Of a DNA stretch of 64,000 nt, positions 1 through 12,300 are shown piece after piece. The translations under genes and the position numbers were made by a program. How positions within the stretch are numbered: position 1 is the stretch's first letter; each line of letters starts with the position of its first letter. Source of the DNA: Octopus sinensis (lineage: Eukaryota); assembly GCF_006345805.1 (NCBI RefSeq), contig NC_042998.1, positions 120,776,001-120,840,000 on the forward strand, given 5' to 3'. The notes below the pieces were generated by a model. The model did not search any database. It worked only from the letters and a program-made list of their open reading frames with translations, and was not told the DNA's origin.

Positions 1-314
1 TCCATATATTTCTTCAAAGACAATAGAATGTGATCAAATTTGGTTATTTCTAGCTAGACAAGTGACTGTATAGTCTCTCCTGTTGGCTTGTTGGCCTGTC
101 CCTGTGTAGGTAAGTGGGATGTCTTAACTACATAATGCTATATGTATTAAAGTTGACACCTGTAATAATTTGTTGTGAATGAACCTATTTAGCCTCATCT
201 ATACACTCACCCTTCAATATCACCAAAGTATTCTCCACACCTGGGTTTTGTTGATGGATTCATAAACTAGAAATTTTTTAATTTTTCACTCTACCTTTTT
301 TCTTTTCAGCTATA

Positions 315-391
315 ATGGGTGATACAGATGTTATTGTGACTAAATACACCAATAACAATGGAATGGAACTGGATGCCAAACAACCAGCTGT
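315..391 (+). CDS. ACSBG2: ACSBG coding exon 1 ([26 protein letters not shown]); preceded by an acceptor AG at 308-309, so a non-coding exon probably lies upstream of the window
   Basis: Polypyrimidine tract + CAG, ATG at 315, donor GTAAGT at 392; phase 2 matches exon 21611. The N-terminus is not conserved, so support is structural only. Confidence 0.65.
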
Positions 392-3300
392 GTAAGTATC
401 TTTAAATTCTTTTATCTAGCCTTTACAATGATGTTGTATGAATACTTAAGTTTGCTTTACAATCTTGATACCTGAAATTTTCTCCTACTACAGCTTTGTG
501 TTAAACCAAACATAGACTATGTAGCTGGAACTATTTTGAAGCCTGCTAGATGGATTGTACTTGAAATTCAAAGGGCTAGTTTTGTCAGATGTTGTATGAA
601 AATTACATTAAGTGTACAAGTATTTGTGGAAAACTCATCTGTTTATACTACAGTTCACTGAACAGATACTTCCATTGATTGAACTAAACTACACCTTGTC
701 AAAACTGAGATGTTATTCAGATTAGTATAAAATGAAGTTTACTGAATTTATTCGCTCAGGTTTCTGTATATATCCCAAGTCAGTCCCTGCATTGATTTGA
801 TTATTGACTTGTAGGTAGTGAGTCATATGACTGCCTTCATGGTTGGTTAAATATGTACTGGTCATTCACTTACTAGCAAGAGAAAACTTTTGAGTTCTTT
901 CCAATAGCATATTGATCAGCTTTATCACTTAGGATTTATTCAGTTAGCATTTAAGTTCTTTAATTCTTGGAATTTACTTTCGACTGACATAATCACTTAT
1001 AGATTTGGCACATGAAGATAATTTGGAAAGTTTTTTTGTTTAAGGAGAAAAGTCTTTTGTCACATGATTTCTCCAATAGTGCTTATTTTATTGATTTGGG
1101 GAAGATGTTAATTTTGGTCTATCATAGGGCTAAGCTGCTAAAATGGTTAGTCCATTAATGACCCCAATATAACAATTTCACTAGTGAGTTACCATTTTTA
1201 TGATTTGGTGTTAACATAACACTGATGTGATTGTCTTTATTTCACTTTTACTGTTCTGATAATAGAGCAGACTTGTAATACAAGACATGCTTGTTGTAAC
1301 CATCTCATTTTATTTTATTTTTTAGACATTAGGATAATGTCCTAAATGTGCTATGTATACTTCCTTTTTTAAGATGGCCGTATGTGATATGAGATTTGGT
1401 TGTTATTTCTCACATATTAAGCAACAAGTAACATCTCTTTTATTAGCACTGCTTCTGTAAGGGGTGTTGGACAAAATGCTTTCAGATATTTAGTTATCTT
1501 TGTTTTCAGTTGAAATCCTCCCCAATTTGACTTTGCCTTTCATCTTCTCAATGTCAATAAAATATATTCCACTCATGTAATGAGTTGTCAATTAAACTGA
1601 ATAGCTCCCCAACCTCTGTGTCACTGCCTGAAAAATCAATATTAGTCTGTGCTGCAGTTATTGCTATTAGCCTGCTTGTTAAGGGAAAGCAGTGAATGTT
1701 TTATACTATTTCTCATGTAATATTGTGGGATGCCTCTGATCACTTAATCTGCTAGAAATAGCAGCCAAATCTAACTTCTTGCCATATGCAGTCTTAAAAA
1801 GGAAAGATAAAGTAGGTAATCTAGTCTTAGAAACACTAATATGTGAATAAGACAATGGTCATGGCTTGTCAACAACGATTCTAGATAAACTGGATCAATA
1901 AATACCTTGTAATAAACACTAAACTAAATGAGCATTTTCTCTGACTTGTTGTTTATAGCTTTTCCTTCTTTGTCAAATTGGAGGCAAGATCTTTTTTCTA
2001 TAATGGTTGCATGGTTAATAAATTTATTTACCAATCACATGGTGTCGGGTTGAGTCACACTGTATGGTACCTTGGACAAGTATCTTCTATGGTCTTGAGC
2101 CAACTAAACTGTATAAGTGGATTTATTAGACAGAAACTGAAATAAATCCATTTTGTTTTGTATGATCATGTGATGCGTATGGATGAGGACACCTAAAGAA
2201 GTGCTGATCTTTGTGGAAGAAACTTGGGGTAGAAGTAGACCCGGGAAGACATGGGACAAGGTGGTGAAACATGATCTTTGAACTTTGGGCCTTACAGAGG
2301 CAATGACTAGTGACCAAGACCTTTGGCGATATGTTGTACTTGAGAAGACCTGTCAAGCCAAGTGAAATCAGTCATGGCTGATGCTGGTGTCATTTAACAG
2401 ACACCTGTGCCAGTGGCATGTGAAAAGCACCTTTTGAGCATTGGGCTTCACGGAGGCAAAGTGATTGAGCTTCTTTTGAGTGTTGGGCCTCACAGAAGCA
2501 ATGATTGAGAAGACCTGTCAAACCAAGTAAAATTGCAGCCGTAGCAGATACTGGTGGCACATTAAAGCACTCTTTACACTCTTAGAGTGGTTGGTATTAG
2601 GAAGGGCATCCAGCCATAGAAACCATGTCAAATCAGAATGGAGTCTGGTGCAGCTCCCCAGCTTACCAGCCCCATCAAACCATCCAACCCATGCCAGCAT
2701 GGACAACGGACGCTAAATGATGATGATATCTTCCTTGTCTTGACTTCATGTCACAGTTGTAAATGAGTATCACTACCATACAAACACCATTTTTATTTTT
2801 TATCTTCTGAAAATATCTCTAATCATTGGAAAATATTACTTTACTTGGAAACAGTTGGTGACAAGAGGGCATCAGGCTGTGGAAAATCTGACTCCATGAA
2901 TTCCCATCTAATTCATGCAAGCATGGAAAAGTGGACCTTAAAACAATAAGATATTTTGTCTATTCTTTTCCTTTTAAATTATGGCTTTCCATTTTCCCCA
3001 TATACTGTTGGAAACTATAACATTTAAAGTAGTTACTGAAGGAATTATTTTATTGCTAGGTGTTGTTACTAATGTCAACATTTCAAGTGAAAGAGGAGTG
3101 GTGACAAATATTAATTTAGTTCTAACAATAGTTAACCTGACCAGAGACTGAGACCTTTGGAGGTATGCTGTGCGTGGGAAGACCCGGCAGGACAAGTGAG
3201 ACCATAACCCGTGGCTTCTACCTGGGACGTAGCCAGCCCACTTATGCATACCTTCTTGTGACACAAACCCTACCTGTGAAGACCTGTTGAGGAAAGTGAA

Positions 3301-6300
3301 AGTCAAAATCAAAATCGATCAACATCAATGGAAATTGTAGCTGTGATACCAGTGCCGGTGGCACATAAGAGAACCATCCGAACATAGCTGTTGCCAGCGC
3401 CGCCCCGACTGGCCTCCTGCCGGTGGCACGTAAAAAGCACCATCCGATGTGGCCATTGCCAGCCTCGCCTGGCCCCCGTGCCGGTGGCACGTAAAAAGCA
3501 CCATCCAATAGTGGTCATTTGCCAGCCTCCTCTGACACCTGTGCAGGTGGCACATAAAAAGCACCCACTACACTCACGGAGTGGTTGGCATTAAGGGCAT
3601 CCAGCTGTAGAAACACTGCCAGATCAGTCTGGGCCTGGCGCAGCCTACTGGCTTCCCAGACCCCAGTTGAACCGTCCAACCCATGCTAGCATGGAAAACG
3701 GACGTTAAACGATGATGATGATGTATATCTATAGACCAGCAGCTTTTTTAACCTGTCTTATAGTAGAAAAAATATGAGATACATAGAACTAGTGTAAAGA
3801 AATGGAAGCAGTAGTAGGACACACTTGAAATGGCTATTAATATATAAAACTGTAAAGAGAATTGAAGCCAATATACATTTAAATATTTAACAAACAGTAA
3901 TTTCTTGTTCATTAGAATCTGAATAAGGTTTATTTCAATGCTGTATCCAGAAATAGCCATTCTGAATCACTATTTAAATAACTTTTTATTATGTGGTGGT
4001 AGTTGCGTGGTGTGAATAATCACTGAAGTTAATAGTTGCTATTGCTAGTAAAAGTGATAAAAGGGTTAAAGTTTGTGATCGAACTGAAGATTAATTTAAT
4101 CTGCACAATAGATTACATAACACACAATGTTTCTTATCATGTAAGATGTTTGTTGCAAAGGTGAAGGAGTTCTGCCAATATGAATAAACTGGATGTTACA
4201 TGTCTAAAATGACAGTTTCTTAACATTAGCACAAGGCCAAGCATTTGTTGGTGACGGTAGTCAATTCAATTGACACTAGTATATAGCTGGTACTTGACTT
4301 TATTGGGACATAAGGCAAAATTATTGCCTTATTTGAACTCCAGATATACAGGGATATAAATAAGTGCAAGATATTTAGTCTAATACTAGGTATTGTTTGA
4401 AGAGTGCCAATGAAATATAAAAGAGTGCTGACAAAAACAACTTGTAAATTAATACTTTGCTCTTGGCTCTCTACTATTTTGCAACAAGGATACACAGGAT
4501 AAGAAGAGCTCAACTTATTGGATACCTTATTAGAGGATTGACTATTTTCAGGATGTCCTTTTCAGTTTGGTCCTTCTATAACAAATGCTGGGAGTAATTT
4601 TTAGTGTGGTATTTGGTTAATTGTTTGTGTGATACATCATAGCTAATGGTTGCTGTGGTATATTGTGACGAATGAAGGGGACTGTTTTGGTACCATTACT
4701 GTCTGATAGCTCTTTCAGATATACCTTCAGTTATATGAACAAGCCATTACTAACACTAGATTTAACATTAGGATCATATCAGTAGCAACCAAAACCACCA
4801 ATGATGTCAAACCCCACTGATATAACCATATGCAATATACAAATTGCCTACCAAAAACATCTTGCAATTTAATACTAGAAAGTTTCAGGCACTGATCAGC
4901 TGTTTGATACATTGAACTGAGTGGGATACTGATGCACCATGTGCAGATGATTGACAAGGTGGATTCTGAGAACAAGAAATTGTTTGTTGAAAGATTTTTC
5001 TCAGTCCATATTATTGCTTATAACTATGGTCATCATAGTGTTGCTGATTGGATGTGGCAGCAGGTCTGCTACTTCAATGCACATTGCTGTTTTATAATAG
5101 TTAACCTAATGACATCTCAGATCAGTTATTCTAAATTTGGATATTCTGTACCAATAAAGATTACAAGGGGTTCTCCATTGTTAGCAATAGCAACCAAATC
5201 TTCCTGAAATCACACAATCTTATAAAAAGGACACATTAGATAATTTAGTAGAGACAACAGGGTAATGTTGTTAGTAGGACTGTGAGAGAGGGTGTCAGAG
5301 AGAAATGGGACGCTATGCTAAGTTAAGCTAAGTTGGTATGAGTTAAGGCACTTATGAATGTGGTAGGAGGAATGAACCAGTAGAAGGAAGTGATAATTGA
5401 GAAGTTAGTGATGGGGAACCCAAAAGCTAAGAATAATAGATGACAATTGAAAAATGAAGAAAAAATGTAGTAAAATTACAAGAAGCTAAGGTAGTGTGAA
5501 AGGGTGAGGTTTTAATGCACTACATGAACAGTGAGGAGGCCCTTGGAATTCTTCATTTGAAAATCCCAGAATTAAAAAAAAAAATTTTTTTAATACAAAG
5601 AATATTTCAAAAATTTCCCCAAAGTCTCTAAGGGTGATACAGATATTGCCATAGTCTAACAGTTTTTGGATGGATGGGCAGACAAATGGAGAGGTAGACG
5701 GACAGATGGATAAATGGATATGCAGACGGACAGAGGGAACCTACAGGTAGCAGTGGTCTGTGTATAGCCTTGTTGCTTGTTCTTGTGTTAATGGGATAAG
5801 TATAACTTAACATATGTGAGTGCTTTCAGATCTATAATCCTTCATCAAACATTCCATAGTGGTTATTACTGCTGGTGTTAGTTAGAGGCTCCAGAGGTAG
5901 TAATTTTAAAAGTGCTCACATATGTTAAATTATACTTAACCCATTAACCAGCAACAAGGTTATACACAGACTACATGCCACCAGTAATGGACTTCATTTA
6001 GGCATAGAGTAGATTTGAACCTGAATCAAATTTCCCATAATATTTCAACGACACTTCTCTGAAAGAAACAATAGTGACAGCAAGACACATATAGCATATG
6101 GACTTGCTAAGACAAATTTGTCTTTGCCACTTGACCCTTCTAACCTCTTCTAGGCCATGAAAATTTAGAATTGAGATAACAGACCCCCAATGAAATCCAT
6201 TCTTAACAATATGTCTCTCCTAACTGGGTTTTTTTTTATAGTTATAAATACTAGAATTCTGTTAGCCAAAATCAGTTGGTGAATGGAAATAACTAGAGAT

Positions 6301-9300
6301 GGCCACAGGTAGACAGCCATTTGAGACAATGACATGAGGGAGAAAGTTACAATCGGTTACTATGAGACTTACCGTAAATCCTTGAGTATAATACGCAGGG
6401 GATTTTTAGGGGGCTGTACCTCTGAAAAACCTAAACCTTGTGTATAATATGCACCCCTTCTCTAACTTGAGTCAAAGAGGTCTCGTATAATGTCCTTGGT
6501 TTGTAAAACGGTATAGAGTAACACCCTTTATTATTATTGTATATATAACATAATGCAAGCATGTAGCTTTTTTTGTGCATTTTGTTTGCAGAAAATAAAG
6601 TAATAACAGTAGTAACGTTTAATAAATGTTGCTTATTGCAAGTTATGGATGATTCTTTTATGACTTCATTGCTTTCAGGCTTAGCTTAAGGTATTTTTAC
6701 GCCTGACATCATAAAATGTGTCTGAATAAACATTGCCAGACTGCAAATAGACTCAGACATTGCTTAGAAAATAATTTTCATTTTTAACCTTGTATATAGT
6801 ACGCACTAGTGATTTTTGACCTTTAAATTTTTGGGGAAAAATGTGGATTATACTCGAGGATTTACAGTACAACTTCCCCTCGATTCTAACTTTCACTAGC
6901 TAACTTTCTCTTCTCTGCAACATCACTCTGTCTCTATCTTATTACTAATACAATGAGAGCATGTACACACTTTGAGAGACGAGGAATTATGTACATTTGA
7001 CCTTCTCTTGTTTAACACATTTCGGCTGATGTACTCTCCAGCCTTCATCAGGTGTCCTGCGGGAATTTCGAACCTGGGTTCTCACTCCTAAGGTATTTTT
7101 CTGATGTTATTATTCAGGTCTCTATCTGGAATTGAACTCAAAATCTTGGGGTTAGTAGCTTGCACTCTTAACCTCTATGCTATATGCCCGTGGGCAATTA
7201 TGGAGTGAATTCTAATATTTTCCTATCCTTCCTGAATACCGGTTCCCATATGCTACTCATATCTGCACCAGGTCTGCTTAGGAGGTTATGTCCTAGTATA
7301 TGTGCGGCTGCTTTTAGTTTTTGTATTTTCCAGTGGTGTTCTCTGTCTATTATTTTAATTTCATTCTACAGGGGAAGGTGATTTCTGTTTGTCCATACAT
7401 GTAAAACCACCAATAGAAGAGAATATGACCAAAGATTGCGTGTACTCCATCCCATGCTGCTGTGGTAGGTTATACAAAGGCAAACCATACTGACCCCTCA
7501 AAATAAGGGTAGAGGAACGTCACAAAGCTGTGACATGAGGAGATATTGATAAATTGGGTACAGCTGATCATGCAAGGAAAATTGGAGACCACCTCCCCCT
7601 GTGGGATGAAGTTAAAAATAAAACAGAACTCCACTGGAAAATACAAAAACTGAAAGAGGCAGCACATATGCTAGGGCATAATACCCTCCTAAGCAGACCT
7701 AGTGCAGATATGAGTAGAATATAGGAACCGGTATTAAGGAAGGATGGGAAAATATCACTCCATAATTGCCCATGGGCATATGTTGTTGTGGTTAAGAGCG
7801 TGCCCAAGATTCCGAGTTCGATTCCAGGCAGTGACCTGAATAATAATAATATCGGAAAAATACCTTAGTAATAAGAACCCAGGTTCAAATTTCCCCCACT
7901 GCACTTGAAGGCTGGAGAGTACATCTGCTGAAATGCTAACAAAGATGAGGACAAATACCTGTCAAATGTAAATAATGTACACACTTATTCAAGTAGAAAT
8001 TAACTCTCTTATCCTCACAAACTTTTCCGCTTATATAAGACACTTTGCCCATCAAGGCATGGCATTATATTAAGTAATGGTAAATAAAGGTTTCTTTACA
8101 ACTTCGATCACTGTTCTTTTATCTTGCGCATCTGCAACATCAACACCCATTACAGTTGCTAACAACTAGCAACCAACGCCTATAACACATCCCATTACAG
8201 TCTCCTCTATGTATCTCTGTCTTTCCATCTATCCTACATGTCTGTCTATCTGTATATCTATTCATCCATCTGCCTGTTGATCCGTCAGACTACCTGTCTG
8301 GCTAGCTGTCTATCTACCTACATACCTACCTACCCACCTACCTGTCTGTCCATCCGTCTACCTTTTGTACACCAATACCTTAACACTTCGATAATGTTGT
8401 CTGGAATCCAGTTCATGATATGGTTATGTTCAGAATGTCATAGTTCTGGTCTGTCTGACTTGCTATAAATAACAACAATAATAAATATTTATTAAACCAC
8501 TTGAAATTATTTTGAAAATTAGTTGAAACATGTAGGTTAAATAAAGATATATTCTTTCAGGTTATTGACCTCATATTTAGACATAGTAGTGTATTGTTAG
8601 AAATATGGTTGGCAAAAGGATTATGATTTTATTGTTAACCATTTCTGATTGTCCCTTTTAACATTGTGATCAATGTCTTTCTGAAACACCTGTCAAGTTA
8701 GCAGTTTTAGCTGTGCTCTTCATATTTGGACAAACATGAAGAAAAATACTTGTAATACTAATACTGATTTTTGTTTTGCTAAATAGAGGCAAAATGTATA
8801 ATTGAGTTTGTCTCCAGCAGAAATTGAACACAAAGTACTGTACCAACTTTATTCATTCAATCAAACCATAACTTTAGAGGATTTTGGCTCCTGCCACTGC
8901 ATTGTTTTTTTTTTTTCAGTTTTTTTTTTGTTTTTTTTTTTTCAGTTTTTTTTTTTTCAGTTGAGGTGGTGGTTGTTTGGTTTAGTTACCCTGATATAGA
9001 AGACTTTTGATCAAAGATGTAATTACCCTTTTTTGTAAGGTATAATGTATCTGTCTAATCAATGGATTTATTATCCTCCCCTTTTTAAAATGGTGTATTG
9101 ACTGGTATTTCTAGCAAGTCAACAGAGGCTCTTTCTTTAGTTTTAGTTGAGGTTGAAATGGTTTATCTGGCTAAATAACCATATGGCCATGCCCAGATAT
9201 CAAGTAAATTAGTCCCCCTTCCTAAAGGCTAAACTGTTCCTGTGCCTTAAGAGTAAGCTCAGGGGAGCAGGCAACCTGCAGTATAAATTGTAAATAAACC

Positions 9301-12300
9301 AACAGAAAGCAACTGGAAACTACTGTTGTAGTGTTCCCAAGGAAAATGATGGATCTTTAGCATGAAGATCCATGATCACTGATACCTGTAAAACAGGTAC
9401 ACTTTTTAAGGGCTGAATAAAACCAGAGGTGGAATTATGTGCTTAGGTAAGATAATTTTTGGCCAAAATGTTACCATTTGTTGACTTGTTTAGCATCAGA
9501 TTAGCTCTGATCAAGCTGGCTTGTGGTCAGTCATTTCATTCTTGACCATCCATTCTTCTTAGGGCTACTTCATATCTGGGATTACATTGTCAGTGTTCTT
9601 TTCCTTTTTTAAATATGATAGGATGTAATTTGAGAGAGAAATGATTAGCAGGTCAAGTGACTTGTCTCTCTTTTTTTTCTAACACAGTTGGTTAGTTCTT
9701 AGCAACAACATTCAAGTCCATTTTCCTTGCTAGAGTGAGGTTAACTTTGCAGGTCCCATGGACTTTAATCATACTTATCATGATTCCCTTTTTTATAACC
9801 AGATGCCCTTCTTGTTGCCAAGCCTTTCAGTCATCTCTTACAATATGCAGGGATACAGTATATTTATGCTAAAACTAGTAATGAACTTATTGTATACAGT
9901 GTTCAGGTCCACTACAACTTGTGTAAAAAAGTAATCAAAACTGCATGAACAGTACATAGAATATGCATAGGAAGTGAACAGTGAAGAAGTCTTTAAAGAA
10001 AAAATGGGGGTTACTGTTGGCAAATTTCAGGAAGTATGGAAGTTTTGAAGGATGTAGTGTCTTGACAGCTAACAACTGATGGAGGTAATTCATTCCATGC
10101 TTTGGCAATTCTGAGCAAGAAAAATTAATTCTGAAAGTCATGGGTACTATGTTGGATTTTGATTTTGTAAGCATTTCCATAAGTGTTAGACTTGAATTTC
10201 AAAAAGGTGTGCAAGGTTGTTGGAAATTTGGTGAATAATCTTGTGGGTTTCTTCCTAGTCAGTTGCCAGACATCAGAGCTTTTCTTCATGCCCAGCGAAG
10301 CAAGACATTCAGAGTATGGTCGATGCCTGATGGTGGGTATTTGTCTGGTTGCATGTTTCTGGGCAGTTTCTAGGAGATTGATATGCCAAGCAAGATAGGG
10401 GTTCCAGACTGGTGATGCAAACTCTGTGGATGTACCTTAGTCATATAGTTTTAAATAGATAGCTAGAGAGCAGCTGCCAAAGGTCTTACTGAGTGATACT
10501 AAAACACCCTCAGCCTTCTTGACAATCTTATTGGTTTGTCCAATGCAGATTGTTATTGACAATAATATCCAGGCCACATTCATTAACAGACTTCTCATGA
10601 TTGTTGTTGAGGGAGTGTATAACGTATAGGATTTTTTTTCTTTTTATCCCAAGGCACAACTTGATGTCATCTGCATGTTTCAACACTAACATTTTTCAAT
10701 TTGGCATCTATGCCATTGATATTTGCTATAAACAACAGGGGTCCAAGAACAGATCCCTGTGGTACACCAGATGTCATCTCATGGGTGAAGAATGATGTTC
10801 TGGGACTGTGACTATCTCTTTTTGCCTGATAATGAAGGACTTCAACCAGTTATAGATATCATCTTTCACACCCATTGCAGACAGTTTTGCCATGAGTCAC
10901 TTTGTGTGGCACAGAATTGAAAGCTTTAGCAAAGTCAAGATAGATAGCATCCACCCATGAGCCGCCATCAGCTGGGGTTGGGGATACATCCAAATTGTGT
11001 GGGTCAAATAAGGCTGTGAGAGCTCCAGGAGTTTGAGTGTTTCTCTGACACAGGACTCCATCAGTTTGGCAATGCAGTTAGTAAGACTGACTGGATTGGG
11101 GAATAACACTGGCAGTTTTCCACTGTTCTGGAGTGACAGTTATTAATGCAGAATTGGAAGAAGAATGAAAGCTGGTGCAAAAGAAAGCCTATTATGTTTG
11201 ATAAGCAGATAAGTAATGCCATCATGACCAGGAGAAGCATAGTTGCACTTATTCTTGAAGTGGCATTGCAGGTATAAATTCCAGATGTTATAGTATTTGA
11301 TGCTAGAGGTAATGAAGATGGTACATTTGGAGTTTCAACAGTAAACATGCCAGCATAGCATTCAACAATAAATTCTGCAAATTTTTTAGGATCATCAGTA
11401 ATCTAACTTGTGTGGATTGCAAAGAGGGCCAGAATGAGATCTCTTTCTAACTTATATATTTCCAGAACACTTTACTATCAAGGCTGGTTGTTGTATGTTG
11501 TTTAAATTCAAGCACTGCCTATTTTGTCACCCACTTGAGATGGGTGGATGACCTGTTCTACATAGTTTATATTCCTGTTCATCACAACATCCTCTTCTGG
11601 CAAGTTGAACTACTGCAGTCTCCTAAATTACATTTTTGGGATTTTTAAGGCATTAATGTGGTACTGATGCTTTACATGTAGCCCAGATTGAACTGAGGAT
11701 GTTCTGAAGTACAGTATTGACGTCTCCAGAATTGTAAAATTCAAACCGGTTTGCATGTTGTAACAGCTCCAGTCTGCTTTGTTCCAATTAAAGTGAGCAG
11801 TTTGGAGATGCTTCTTGTTTCTGTTCATAAGAGAGAGATTGGCAATGATCATAGCATGATCAGTCACCTAAAGGTTCCTCAGTAGTGATAGTGATAACCA
11901 TTTCAGGAGTAGTGGTAAAGAGTAGATCCAAAGTGTTGTTACCTCTTCTTGGGGAGGTGACTGCTTGGGATCAGCTTGAATCCAGCACTACATCAAAGAA
12001 ATCATTTGCACTTTGCTGGTGACTTCAACTCTCCTGAGAGTGGTTGGGAAGCCTTTCATTGGCCACAATGAAAACATAAGTGGCTATTTTCCTAGATGCA
12101 GCTCTGAGGATGTCAACAAGCCATGTGTCTTGATGGTAATTGGGTGAGCAGTAGACAACTCCAAGTAGCAGTGCTGACATGTTCATGTGCTTATCACAAA
12201 AGAATTCTGTAGTGAGTGTGCGATTTGAATATAGAGGCACCTACCTTCTCTTCGTGGTGACGGAGATCCTCCAGAGATGACTGGTCCTTCCTCACCCTAC

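Noticed and set aside
3350-3570. Repeat-spacer-like array resembling CRISPR (also 47835-47990, 56620-56765)
   Set aside because: Eukaryotic context, no cas genes, spacers are related to each other; part of a LINE 3' UTR
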